NCBI GenBank assembly: GCA_043814095.1
Contig: JBDRKI010000036.1
Coordinates: 51,598-115,597, forward strand
DNA length: 64,000 nucleotides
Direction of reading: 5' to 3'
Source of the DNA: Armatimonadota bacterium
GTDB lineage: Bacteria; Vulcanimicrobiota; JACPDS01; JBDRKI01
Below are positions 29,351-39,760 of the stretch, piece by piece. The notes under the pieces were generated by a model. The model made no database searches and had not been told where the DNA came from. It saw only the letters and a list, made by a program, of their open reading frames with translations. Positions within the stretch are counted from its first letter, which is position 1; each line of letters begins with the position of its first letter. The translations under genes were made by a program, and so were the position numbers.

Positions 29351-32275
29351 ATGAACCAGTTAGATTTATATTCCAGCGATGTCTTAGAGGGTCTTAATGA
29401 AGCACAGCTAAAGGCCGTTTCATTCGGGGAAGGGCCTCTTCTTATAATAGCGGGCGCGGGGACAGGCAAAACTTCCGTTATCACAAAAAGAATAGCTTAT
29501 CTTATCTCCGGGAAAAAATGCAGGACAGACCAGATACTTGCCCTTACATTTACCGATAAGGCCGCCCAGGAGATGGAAGAAAGAGTAGACCTTCTTGTCC
29601 CTTACGGATACACGGATGTTATGATATCAACTTTTCATGCATTCGGTGATTTCCTCTTAAAAGAACACGCTTTGGAGATAGGTCTTGCTTATGATTTCAA
29701 GGTTCTGTCTAAACCCGAGCAGATAATTTTCCTTAAGGAAAATTTATACAAGCTTCCTTTGAAGCATTACAGGCCCGGAGGAAATCCTACTTCTTACCTT
29801 GACGCCATAACCACCCTTATATCCCGAGCTAAAGATGAAGACATATCTTGCGAAGAATATATAAAATACGCGGAAAAGGTTCTTGATGATGCCCGCAGGA
29901 ATGAAGATGTTGAAAAAATTGATGAATATGAAAAGCAAGCAGAGTCAGCAAGTACATATAAAAAGTACCGGGAGCTTATGACAGAGAATGGTTTTATTGA
30001 TTTCGGCGACCAGGTCGGGCTTTGCTTGAAGCTTTTCAGGGAGAACCCTTCAATACTGAAAAAGTACAGGGAAAAATTTAAATACATACTTGTTGATGAG
30101 TTCCAGGATACAAATCTCGCGCAGTATAAACTTATAAAAATGCTTGCGGGAGGCGAGGGTAATCTTAATGTTGTAGGCGATGACGATCAGAGTATATATA
30201 AATTCAGGGGGGCCGCAATAAGCAATATCCTGAATTTTAATAATGATTATCCGGATGCCGAGAAGATTGTCTTGAATACAAACTACAGGTCTACACAGAA
30301 TATACTTGATACCTCCTACAGGTTAATATGCCATAATAATCCCGACAGGCTTGAAGTAAAAAATAATATTGATAAAAAACTTGTAAGTGTAAAAGGGAAG
30401 GGCAGTTATATAGCCAATCAGTCTTTTGACACAATAAGCACCGAGGCCGATTATGTAGCTGATTATATAAAAAAAGGTGTAAAAGGCGGCAGGAAGTATA
30501 AAGATTGCGCAATACTTGTCCGTTCAAATAACGATTCACAAGCATTTATACAGTCTTTAAATATGGCGGGTATACCTTACAGGTTCTCGGGTCAGGGCGG
30601 ACTTTATACAGATAGCAATGTACAGCTTTTAATCTCTTTATTAAGGGTTATTAAAGACCCCAATGACAGCATAAGCTTATATAATCTTGCAGTATCCCAC
30701 TTATATAATCTTGACCCTGTTGATATAAAAGACTGTTCAAATACTGCTTATAAAAGAAATCTTCCCTTGTTTAAAATATTCAGAGATTTTGAAAAGATTT
30801 CCGATCTTTCTTCTTTAACGGAAGAAAGTAAAAAAACAATTAAAAAAATATCAGAGGATATAGAGCAGTATGTATCTGATTCTTTTAATATATCCACAGG
30901 CAAGCTTCTCTATAAATATGTAAAGGATAAGAAGGTTTTAAAAAACCTTCTTGATAAGGAGTGCCCGGGTTCTGAAGAAAAGATTTACAATATTTCAAAA
31001 TTCTTTGAAGTAATAAACAATTATGAAAAGCTTTACCCGGGGACGAGACTCCCTCAGTTTGTAGAGCACCTTGACTTTATGATAGCTTCAGGGGATAACC
31101 CCTCCACCTACCAGGCGGACCCGGATCTTGATTATGTTAATATCCTTACATATCACAAGGCAAAGGGACTGGAGTTTTCGGTTGTGTTTATGGTTAATCT
31201 TGTGCAGGGCAAATTTCCAGTAAGAAACAGGCACGATAAAATAGAGATACCCTTAGAGCTTATTAAAGAAACACTGCCCTCGGGGGACTTTCATATCCAG
31301 GAAGAAAGAAGACTGTTTTATGTGGGTATGACAAGGGCAAAAGACGAGCTTATCTTTACCTATTCCCGCGATCTTGGAGGCAAGCGCCAGAGGAAGGCAA
31401 GCCAGTTTGTGCTTGAAGCGCTTGACCTTCCAAAAGCGGAAGTGAAATCAAAAAAATCCTCACCGGGTGAATATTTAAAGAGATTTGAAGATATTAAAGT
31501 TAAGCAGGATACCGCGTATTCTGTTTCCGATGATGTTATTTTAACTTTAAGCGCCAATTCAATAGAAGATTATATGGACTGCCCGTTAAGATATAAATTT
31601 ATGCATATCCTGAAGATCCCTGTTGCAAAGCATTTCGCATTTATTTACGGCAGCGCCGTGCATAATACAATAAATTATTACCATACGAGAAAGATCCAGG
31701 GCAAAAAAGTAAAGTTTGAGGAATTAGAAGACGTATTTAAGGCAAACTGGATAAGCGAAGGATTCCTTTCACAGGATCATGAAAAACAGCTGTACACAGA
31801 AGGGTTGGAAGTTCTTAAAAAATTCTTTGATAAAAGCGAGAAAGAAAAAGACATACCTACCTGTGTTGAAAAAGAGTTTGCGTTTAGTGTTGATAATATA
31901 AAGGTGAAGGGAAGATGGGACCGCGTGGATATAGGCAAGAACAGCGCGGTTATTACCGATTACAAAACAAGCAGGATAAAAAACAAAAAAGAAGCCGATA
32001 AACGCGCGAAAGACAGCTTCCAGCTTGCGGTTTACGCGCTTTCGTACCAGAAAATTTATAATAAACCCGCGGATAAAGTCCAGCTTTATTTCCTGACGGA
32101 TGAGATTGCCGGGGAAGCGGTTAAATCGCAGAATGATATTAATGATACAGTTGAAAAGATAAAACAGGCCTCCAAAGGCATAAGGAAAGGTATATTTACG
32201 GCCAACCCTAATTACATGAACTGCATGTACTGTTCTTATAAAAACTTATGTAATGAAAAAAATAGTGAACAGTAA
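29351..32275 (+). CDS. UvrD/PcrA-family helicase fused to C-terminal PD-(D/E)XK (RecB/AddB-like) nuclease
   Basis: AGAGTGKT, VDEFQD, GDDDQSIY, NYRS, HKAKGLEF, EERRLFYVGMTRA; GRWDRVD..DYKT..QLAVY; Cys in DCP and CMYCSYKNLC. Confidence 0.92.
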   Translation: MNQLDLYSSDVLEGLNEAQLKAVSFGEGPLLIIAGAGTGKTSVITKRIAYLISGKKCRTDQILALTFTDKAAQEMEERVDLLVPYGYTDVMISTFHAFGDFLLKEHALEIGLAYDFKVLSKPEQIIFLKENLYKLPLKHYRPGGNPTSYLDAITTLISRAKDEDISCEEYIKYAEKVLDDARRNEDVEKIDEYEKQAESASTYKKYRELMTENGFIDFGDQVGLCLKLFRENPSILKKYREKFKYILVDEFQDTNLAQYKLIKMLAGGEGNLNVVGDDDQSIYKFRGAAISNILNFNNDYPDAEKIVLNTNYRSTQNILDTSYRLICHNNPDRLEVKNNIDKKLVSVKGKGSYIANQSFDTISTEADYVADYIKKGVKGGRKYKDCAILVRSNNDSQAFIQSLNMAGIPYRFSGQGGLYTDSNVQLLISLLRVIKDPNDSISLYNLAVSHLYNLDPVDIKDCSNTAYKRNLPLFKIFRDFEKISDLSSLTEESKKTIKKISEDIEQYVSDSFNISTGKLLYKYVKDKKVLKNLLDKECPGSEEKIYNISKFFEVINNYEKLYPGTRLPQFVEHLDFMIASGDNPSTYQADPDLDYVNILTYHKAKGLEFSVVFMVNLVQGKFPVRNRHDKIEIPLELIKETLPSGDFHIQEERRLFYVGMTRAKDELIFTYSRDLGGKRQRKASQFVLEALDLPKAEVKSKKSSPGEYLKRFEDIKVKQDTAYSVSDDVILTLSANSIEDYMDCPLRYKFMHILKIPVAKHFAFIYGSAVHNTINYYHTRKIQGKKVKFEELEDVFKANWISEGFLSQDHEKQLYTEGLEVLKKFFDKSEKEKDIPTCVEKEFAFSVDNIKVKGRWDRVDIGKNSAVITDYKTSRIKNKKEADKRAKDSFQLAVYALSYQKIYNKPADKVQLYFLTDEIAGEAVKSQNDINDTVEKIKQASKGIRKGIFTANPNYMNCMYCSYKNLCNEKNSEQ

Positions 32276-32300
32276 TAAAGATAGCTAACGTAAGAGGTGT

Positions 32301-34109
32301 ATGATTATGAAGAGAATAAAATTATTTACATTACTTGTATCCCTTATTATAATCTTTTTTTTAGTCTCATCAGCAACATATGCGGCGGGCTTTGACTGGA
32401 AGATTACATCATTCTGTTCTTCAATCAAGGTTAATGATGACAGATCAATAGATGTTGAAGAAGTAATAACAACTGATTTTAAATCCCAGATGCACGGGAT
32501 ATACCGCTATATACCCACAGTTTTCGGGAAAGGCATGCTGGGGAGCAATTCTTTAGGGTACAAACTTATAAGTATTACGGATGAGAAAGGCGCCCCGTAT
32601 CCTTTTAATACTTATACTAAAGGAAATTTTGTAAGCTACAGGATAGGGGACCCGAATAAAACAATAACAGGCAAACATGTTTATGTTATAAAATACAGGA
32701 TGGCAAAAGCGGTTAAAACCTATAAATCTGATAATTTCGCGCCCGGCATTACTGAACACGATGAACTTTATTTTAATGTTACAGGCAACGGCTGGGCGGT
32801 TGATATTGATTACGCCCAGGCGGTCATAATCCTGCCGAAAGCAGGCAACCCCGATATGATGAGAATAAAAGTGTATACCGGGAGTTACGGAAGCAAGGCA
32901 AGCAATAGTGTGGCTAAGATTATAAAGGGGCGGACTTTTTACTGTTCTGCCAGGGATCTTAAGCCGTATGAAGGCTTAACTGTCGCCGCCGGCTGGCCCG
33001 TTGGAATAATTCAGAAAGAGAATAAGACTTTAAATACAATCCTTTTTCTTCTTTCCAACTGGTATTTATTTATACCGTTATTTGTGCTGATAGCGCTTTT
33101 TTATGTATGGTATAAAAACGGGAGGGATATAAAAAGCGGGGATGCTATAATGGCCCAGTATACGCCGCCCGAGAAAAAGAAAGGCGATTGCTTTTCTCCG
33201 CTGGATGTGGGAGTCATAATTGATGAAAGGTTTGATCCAAGGGATCTTACCGCGCAGATTGTTGATCTTGCCGTTAGAGGGTATCTTAAGATAAAGGAAA
33301 TAGAAACCTCAAAGATGTTTTTATTTAAGAATAAAGATTATGAGCTTATAAGAACGGATAAAGCGGATACCGATCTTACTCCTTTTGACAGAAAACTTTT
33401 AAAGAAGCTCTTTAAACACGGGAAAAATAATAAGGTAAAACTCTCAGAGCTAAAGTATGAATTTTCCAGTGATTACACATCTTTAAAAAATGATAAATAC
33501 AAAGATCTTGCAAAAGACGGTGTGTTTGTGTCAAATCCCGAGAAAGTGCGTTCGGATTATGTACTTACAGGAATCGGGATAATAATATTTGGTGTTGTTG
33601 CAGCTATAGTTCTCTCCGTTTTTAATATAATATTTTCGCAGGATAAAATCGGCTTGAGTATTTTCTCTGTTGCTCTTTCCGGAGTTATTTTCATAATATT
33701 CGCGCCTCTTATGCCGAAAAAGACCCCGTTCGGTGCCCAGGTTTTAAACCACATCCGGGGGTTTGAGGATTATATAAAAACAGCGGAGAAGAACCGAATA
33801 GAATGGGAAGTTAAGGAGAATATATTTGAAAAATACCTTCCTTACGCTATGGTCTTCCGTCTTGAAGAGAAGTGGGCACAGAGATTTGAGGGTTTGTATA
33901 AAGAATCTCCGGAATGGTTCATAGCGGTAACACCGTATACGGCTTTTTCCACTTCAAATTTTGTTCATTCAATGAATGACGCGAGCAGTTTTATGGCAGG
34001 CAGCCTGGCATCAGCGCCAAGATCAACGGGTTCCGGCTCTAGCGGTTTCTCCGGCGGCGGGGGATTCTCAGGAGGAGGAAGCGGCGGCGGCGGCGGCGGC
34101 GGCTGGTAA
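32301..34109 (+). CDS. DUF2207-family membrane protein
   Basis: Signal, HGIYRYIP, VDLAVRGYL, EKYLPYAMVF, Gly-rich C-terminus ending W. Confidence 0.85.
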   Translation: MIMKRIKLFTLLVSLIIIFFLVSSATYAAGFDWKITSFCSSIKVNDDRSIDVEEVITTDFKSQMHGIYRYIPTVFGKGMLGSNSLGYKLISITDEKGAPYPFNTYTKGNFVSYRIGDPNKTITGKHVYVIKYRMAKAVKTYKSDNFAPGITEHDELYFNVTGNGWAVDIDYAQAVIILPKAGNPDMMRIKVYTGSYGSKASNSVAKIIKGRTFYCSARDLKPYEGLTVAAGWPVGIIQKENKTLNTILFLLSNWYLFIPLFVLIALFYVWYKNGRDIKSGDAIMAQYTPPEKKKGDCFSPLDVGVIIDERFDPRDLTAQIVDLAVRGYLKIKEIETSKMFLFKNKDYELIRTDKADTDLTPFDRKLLKKLFKHGKNNKVKLSELKYEFSSDYTSLKNDKYKDLAKDGVFVSNPEKVRSDYVLTGIGIIIFGVVAAIVLSVFNIIFSQDKIGLSIFSVALSGVIFIIFAPLMPKKTPFGAQVLNHIRGFEDYIKTAEKNRIEWEVKENIFEKYLPYAMVFRLEEKWAQRFEGLYKESPEWFIAVTPYTAFSTSNFVHSMNDASSFMAGSLASAPRSTGSGSSGFSGGGGFSGGGSGGGGGGGW

Positions 34110-34129
34110 ATAAAGATAAGGTGATATTT

Positions 34130-34849
34130 ATGAGAAAAATAACAGTTTTAATAATTTTAGCGGTAATAATTACAACTTCATTTGCATATTCTTTCCAGCT
34201 TGAATTAATAAGTAAAGAGCAGGAAATACAGATAGGGAAAGATGCCGCAAGCCAGATTGAATCCGAATACGGTACTGTTAATAATGCCGCACAGCTTGCA
34301 AAGATAAACAAGATAGGCAAAAAGATAGTAACTGTATGCGATAGACGCGACCTCCCGTATTCATTTAAAATATTAAATACCGACCAGGTTAACGCCATAT
34401 GCTGTCCCGGCGGCTTTATATATGTAACAAAAGGGCTTATGAATCTTAAACTCAGCGATGATGAGCTTGCCTGTGTTCTTGCACATGAGATAACACACGC
34501 GGTGAAAAGACATGCGGTAAACCAGATTACGGCTACCATGGGGGTAGGGGTTCTGCTGGACCTTGTTACCAAAGGGCAGGCGTCCCAGCAGCTCTCAGGC
34601 CAGGTTGTACAGCTCCTTCTCACCCGCGGCCATTCAAGGGATGATGAGTATGACGCAGACCTTACAGGCGCTACTTACGCCTTTTACGCGGGATATAATC
34701 CTTACGGGATGATATATTTCTTACAGGAACTAAATAAGCTGGAAAAGAGCAATCCTACATTCTTAGACCAGTTTATAGCGACACATCCTCCTAATAATGA
34801 CAGAATAGCAAGGTTAAAGCCCCTATGTAAGAGTCTTACGGGAAAGTAG
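34130..34849 (+). CDS. Peptidase M48 family metalloprotease (exported)
   Basis: VNAICCPGG, LAHEITH, SRDDEYDAD, THP; track start 34121. Confidence 0.88.
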   Translation: MRKITVLIILAVIITTSFAYSFQLELISKEQEIQIGKDAASQIESEYGTVNNAAQLAKINKIGKKIVTVCDRRDLPYSFKILNTDQVNAICCPGGFIYVTKGLMNLKLSDDELACVLAHEITHAVKRHAVNQITATMGVGVLLDLVTKGQASQQLSGQVVQLLLTRGHSRDDEYDADLTGATYAFYAGYNPYGMIYFLQELNKLEKSNPTFLDQFIATHPPNNDRIARLKPLCKSLTGK

Positions 34850-34875
34850 AATAAGTTAGAATTAAAATTAAACTT

Positions 34876-34907
34876 AAAAGAGCAGAGATTTTATTCCTGC
34901 TCTTTTT
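34876..34907 (+). terminator. Intrinsic terminator
   Basis: AAAAGAGCAG...CTGCTCTTTTT. Confidence 0.7.
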
Positions 34908-34999
34908 ATATCCTGAATTTGACAAAACTTATATAAATTGTTAAAAATTATAGTATTCATTATTATATATAACCGTTTTTTATATTATCAGGGGGGAAA

Positions 35000-35806
35000 A
35001 TGCAGTTAAAAGGATTAAGCCCTGCCGGTTATTTCTCAAACGCGGGCAGTCTTAAATCTAAAGAAGAAGTAATCACATGGCGTACGGAGAAAGGCAGACT
35101 TGTTAAGATGGTTCTGTACTATAATTCTAACAGGACAGAGGTATCCGCGACTTTCAGAATAACCGTATCGGATGACGGGCTTAATCATTTTGTATTTGAA
35201 TTAAAGCAGAATGGTAATGATTTCAAGGTTGTGGAGAACTATTTTTACGCGCATAATAAATTGACTTCAGATATGTCCGGTAAAAAATATTTAGATGCAA
35301 AAAAAGAAGTGCTTGCGGTAATAAGATCATTATTGGATACAGAAAATAATAATTCTAAAGCAAAAAAGATAATACAGGTTGTATACGATAAGGTAATAAG
35401 AGAAAAAGAAATAGATATAAAATACAGGGAAGAAGATAAAGTCCTTCACGCTGCGGGCAGCGGTAAGGCTTTAATTAAAATAGATAGGGGATTTGACGAG
35501 AACGGCGGGATAAGAAAGATAGTAACTCTTAAGATGAAGCTCTCCTCAGGCGATACCTTTATATACAGATTATTTAAAAGGAAAGAGAAGTATCATTTTA
35601 CAGGTGCTTATAAACCTAGAGTTACATTAGGTCATACACCTATGATATCGGATAATATCTCAGAGACTGAAAGAAGAGAGATACTATCTATCCTGAATAG
35701 TATAAAAACAACACCCGCAACAAAGGATATACTTGAATATATAAAATCAGGTGTCAGGAACCTGACCGATGTTAAACATGGAAAAGTTTATGTGCGGGTT
35801 AAATAA
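35000..35806 (+). CDS. Hypothetical protein
   Basis: 268 aa ORF with GGGGG RBS; no motif recognised. Confidence 0.6.
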   Translation: MQLKGLSPAGYFSNAGSLKSKEEVITWRTEKGRLVKMVLYYNSNRTEVSATFRITVSDDGLNHFVFELKQNGNDFKVVENYFYAHNKLTSDMSGKKYLDAKKEVLAVIRSLLDTENNNSKAKKIIQVVYDKVIREKEIDIKYREEDKVLHAAGSGKALIKIDRGFDENGGIRKIVTLKMKLSSGDTFIYRLFKRKEKYHFTGAYKPRVTLGHTPMISDNISETERREILSILNSIKTTPATKDILEYIKSGVRNLTDVKHGKVYVRVK

Positions 35807-35876
35807 ATATTGATAAATCAATATTTATTCTATTTATCAAGCAGGAAAATCCTAATACAAATCTAATGGTTAAAAT

Positions 35877-37304
35877 ATGATTTGCAAAACAATAATCCAG
35901 AAAGTGGATCTTAAAAACAAGAATAATTTCTATTTTTCAGGCATCTGCGGCGCGGGAATGAGCGCTCTTGCTTTTGCATTGCAGAATCTTAAGAAAAAGG
36001 TTTCCGGCTCGGATGTAATGATAGATTTTGGGAAGGTAAGCCCCGTCCTTATGAATCTTAAGAAAAAAAGGATAAAATTAAACTCCCAGGACGGGTCAGG
36101 TCTTTCTAAAGATGTTGATTACCTTGTGGTTAGCAGTGCTATAGAACCGGATAATCCCGATGTAAGGAAAGCGAAAGAGCTGGGGATTCCGATCGTTCAC
36201 AGGACAGACCTTCTTCTTGCCTTAATTGAGGATAAATTTCAGATCGCTATCGCCGGTTCAAGCGGCAAGACCACAACTTCCGCGCTGGCGGCCCATCTTT
36301 TAAATACGGCTAAAGTTGATCCTTCATATTTTGTGGGAGGACTTATTAAAGGGTATAAAGAGCACGAAGCCGTTTATTATGATCAGGAGTCAAAGTCCAT
36401 CGTCATAGAAACTGATGAATCGGACAGGACGATTAAAAAATATACTCCTAACATAGGGGTGGTTTTAAGTTTATGCAAGGATCATTACGGTATAAAGGAA
36501 CTTGAAAAAGTATTCTATAATTTTGCCCTTCAGTGCAGGGAAAAAGTTATTATAAATAATGATGATCCGCGCCTGCATAAACAGGTAAAAAGATTGGGCA
36601 AAAGAAAAACAGCCCCCAAAGTTATAACTTTTGGCATAAAAAATAGATCTGATTTTCAGGCTAAAAAAATTAAATCAATAGGCGCAAGTAGCGAATTTCT
36701 GGTAGGAAGCGAGAAATACAAGATAAACCTTCCCGGACTGCATAATATATATAATTCTTTGTCAGTTATAGCAATAGGCAAGGTGCTGGGTTTAAAGTCA
36801 AGTGTAATTAAAAAAGCTTTAAATTCCTTTAAGGGTGTAAGGCGCAGGTTTGAGCTTGTAGCCAGTATAAACGGCGTTACCGTTATAGATGATTTCGCTC
36901 ACAATCCGGACAAGATAAAAGCAACTATCCTTGCGGCTAAAGCTATTTCAAAAAGATTAATATTAATTTACCAGCCGCACGGTTTTTATCCCACATTGAT
37001 TAACAGGAATAACCTGCTAAGGGTATGGAAAGAAAATTTAAGAAAAAATGATATCCTTATTCTCCCCGATATCTATATAGCAGGCGGCAAGCTGGAAGCA
37101 TGCAAAGATAAAATATCTTCAGATAAGCTTATAAATAATCTTAAAAAACATAAAGTTAAAGCGCATTATATAATAGACAGGGAAGAAATTATTGATTTTG
37201 TAAAGAATAATGTCCGCTCAAAAGATATAGTTATAGTAATGGGAGCAAGAGACCCGTCTTTATCATATTTTGCGGAAAAAGTCGCACAAGAACTGAAAAA
37301 ATGA
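35877..37304 (+). CDS. murC: Mur ligase, MurC/Mpl-like
   Basis: GICGAGMS, AGSSGKTTT, ETDESD, GVRRRF, DDFAHNP, YQPHG, VMGA. Confidence 0.75.
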   Translation: MICKTIIQKVDLKNKNNFYFSGICGAGMSALAFALQNLKKKVSGSDVMIDFGKVSPVLMNLKKKRIKLNSQDGSGLSKDVDYLVVSSAIEPDNPDVRKAKELGIPIVHRTDLLLALIEDKFQIAIAGSSGKTTTSALAAHLLNTAKVDPSYFVGGLIKGYKEHEAVYYDQESKSIVIETDESDRTIKKYTPNIGVVLSLCKDHYGIKELEKVFYNFALQCREKVIINNDDPRLHKQVKRLGKRKTAPKVITFGIKNRSDFQAKKIKSIGASSEFLVGSEKYKINLPGLHNIYNSLSVIAIGKVLGLKSSVIKKALNSFKGVRRRFELVASINGVTVIDDFAHNPDKIKATILAAKAISKRLILIYQPHGFYPTLINRNNLLRVWKENLRKNDILILPDIYIAGGKLEACKDKISSDKLINNLKKHKVKAHYIIDREEIIDFVKNNVRSKDIVIVMGARDPSLSYFAEKVAQELKK

Positions 37305-37319
37305 TGCTGAGGATTTTGT

Positions 37320-38390
37320 ATGAGAGTACTGCCCAGAATAATGATAGAAGATTGGGAGATAAAGAATCTTTCTCCTTTAGCCGCTAAAGCGTCTTATTCC
37401 AAGGGACGCCTTCATCCGGACGATAAGTGTGACGTAAGGACTGATTTCCAGCGCGACCGCGACAGGATAATTTACTGCAAGTCATTCAGACGCTTAAAGC
37501 ACAAAACGCAGGTTTTCATAAAGCCCGAAGGCGATCATTACAGGACGCGCCTTACCCATACACTGGAAGTTGCTCAGATATCGCGTACCATAGCAAGAGC
37601 CTTAAATCTCAATGAAGATCTTACCGAAGCCATCGCCCTGGGCCATGATATCGGCCATTCTCCTTTCGGCCATGCCGGGGAGGCGGCCCTTGACGAAGTA
37701 ATTAACGAGTTTGATAAAAAAGCTCATTTTTACCATTCAGAACAGAGCTTAAGGGTGGTTGATCTTCTGGAGAAAGAACACAGGGGTTTAAATCTTACCA
37801 ATGAAGTCAGGGACGGCATCCTGAAACATTCCAAGGGAAGGTTCGGGACATTATTTCATCAGGGAAATGAAGAGAATGTAAAGCATATGACTTTAGAGAG
37901 TGAGATAGTCCGTATATCGGACAGGGTGGCATATATAAATCATGATATTGATGATGCCATAAGAGCGGGGATAATAAAAGAGGAGCATCTGCCGAAAGAA
38001 TGCTGTTCTCTTTTAGGAAAATCAATATCACAGCGCATAAATTCCATGGTAAAGGATATTATAAGGAACAGTTTTGACAAGAACCATATTATAATGGGGG
38101 AGGATGTGGCTCAAGCCACGGAAAAATTAAAGGAATTTATGTTTGAAAAAGTATATATGAACTCTCTGGCTAAAACCGATGAAGATAAAGCAAGAGAAGT
38201 GGTTAAAATGCTTTTCTATTACTATATGGATAATACGGACAAGCTCCCGAAAGAAGCCGTTCATCCTTCGCTTAATTTAAACAATAAAAAAGACGCGGCC
38301 CGCGCGGTCTGCGACTTTATATCAGGCATGTCAGACAGGTATGCGATTAACATGTTTGAAAATATAATTATGCCCAAGGGCTGGGTATAA
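37320..38390 (+). CDS. dgt: dGTP triphosphohydrolase (HD domain)
   Basis: FQRDRDRI, RRLKHKTQV, RTRLTHTLEV, GHDIGH, HDIDD. Confidence 0.92.
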   Translation: MRVLPRIMIEDWEIKNLSPLAAKASYSKGRLHPDDKCDVRTDFQRDRDRIIYCKSFRRLKHKTQVFIKPEGDHYRTRLTHTLEVAQISRTIARALNLNEDLTEAIALGHDIGHSPFGHAGEAALDEVINEFDKKAHFYHSEQSLRVVDLLEKEHRGLNLTNEVRDGILKHSKGRFGTLFHQGNEENVKHMTLESEIVRISDRVAYINHDIDDAIRAGIIKEEHLPKECCSLLGKSISQRINSMVKDIIRNSFDKNHIIMGEDVAQATEKLKEFMFEKVYMNSLAKTDEDKAREVVKMLFYYYMDNTDKLPKEAVHPSLNLNNKKDAARAVCDFISGMSDRYAINMFENIIMPKGWV

Positions 38391-38413
38391 ATAATTAAAA
38401 TTGAGGTGTGGTT

Positions 38414-39685
38414 ATGCTGGATTTGAAATTTATACGCGATAACGCGGACAGTATTAAAGAGAAAATAAAATCTTTGTATATTGAAGCTCCGATAGATGCC
38501 ATTATAGAACTGGATGATACGCGCCGTACTTTAATAAAGGAAGGCGAAGAACTTAAAAACATAAGGAACATTAAATCAAAAGAGATAGCTTCTGAAAAAG
38601 ACAATGATAAAAAACAAGAAGCCATAGCCGCCATGAAGGAAGTAAGCGATAAGATTAAGATGCTGGATGATGACTTAAGGCAGGTTGAGGAAGATCTTAA
38701 TAAGCTTCTTCTTGAAGTACCGAACATGCCCGATGATGATGTTCCTTTAGGCAAAGATGATTCGGAAAATGTTATTGTAAAAACATGCGGTGATATAAAA
38801 GAGAAGCCTTTTAAAGTTAAGCCTCACTGGGAATTAGGCGAAAGCTTAGACATAATTGATTTTGAAAGAGGGGTAAAGATATCAGGTACCAGGTTCTATA
38901 TATTAAAAGGACTGGGCGCAAGACTCCAGCGCGCTTTAATTACCTGGATGATTGATCTTCACCTGCAGAAACACGGTTATACCGAAGTATACCCGCCGGC
39001 AATGGTAAAGCGCCACTGCATGACAGGCACCGGCCAGCTTCCCAAATTCGGCGAGAATCTCTATGTAGATGAAGATACCGATACCTGGTTTGCGCCTACG
39101 GCTGAAGTACCGGTTACGAATATGTATATGGATGAAATCTTAGATGCCAAAGACTTACCCATAAAACATGCCGCATATACACCCTGCTTCAGGAAAGAAA
39201 AGATGAGCGCAGGTAAAGATACACGCGGTATAAAAAGAGGCCACCAGTTTGATAAGGTAGAGATGGTAAAATTTGTTCTCCCTGAAGCAAGCAACGATGA
39301 GCTTAATTCTCTTATCTCAAATGCGGAAGATGTATTAAAAGAATTAAAGCTTCCTTACAGGATAGTACAGATGTGCACGGGAGACCTTTCCTTTACCGCG
39401 TGCAAAAAGTTTGACTTAGAAGCTTATGCCTATGGCTGTGCGGAGTGGCTTGAAGTGAGTTCATGCTCCAATTTCCGCGATTTCCAGGCAAGAAGGGCTA
39501 ATATTAAATTCAGACGCGATAATAAGAGTAAACCGGAATTAGTGCATACCTTAAACGGATCAGGGCTTGCTCTGCCTAGAATAATGATATCCATAATAGA
39601 GAATTACCAGAACCAAGACGGCTCAATATCTATACCTAAGGTATTAATACCCTATATGGGCGGGATAGAAAAAATAACGAAATAA
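38414..39685 (+). CDS. serS: Serine--tRNA ligase
   Basis: MLDLKFIR, GTGQLPKF, PTAEV, RGHQFDKVE, EVSSCSN, HTLNGS. Confidence 0.97.
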   Translation: MLDLKFIRDNADSIKEKIKSLYIEAPIDAIIELDDTRRTLIKEGEELKNIRNIKSKEIASEKDNDKKQEAIAAMKEVSDKIKMLDDDLRQVEEDLNKLLLEVPNMPDDDVPLGKDDSENVIVKTCGDIKEKPFKVKPHWELGESLDIIDFERGVKISGTRFYILKGLGARLQRALITWMIDLHLQKHGYTEVYPPAMVKRHCMTGTGQLPKFGENLYVDEDTDTWFAPTAEVPVTNMYMDEILDAKDLPIKHAAYTPCFRKEKMSAGKDTRGIKRGHQFDKVEMVKFVLPEASNDELNSLISNAEDVLKELKLPYRIVQMCTGDLSFTACKKFDLEAYAYGCAEWLEVSSCSNFRDFQARRANIKFRRDNKSKPELVHTLNGSGLALPRIMISIIENYQNQDGSISIPKVLIPYMGGIEKITK

Positions 39686-39760
39686 CAGCATATTTTTCAA
39701 GATTAAGAGGGATATTTTTTTTAAAAAACACCCCTCTTTACTTTCTTCTTTTGTACTACC

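Noticed and set aside
34083-34103. (GGC)7 repeat as a phase-variation tract
   Set aside because: In-frame triplet encoding the usual Gly-rich DUF2207 tail
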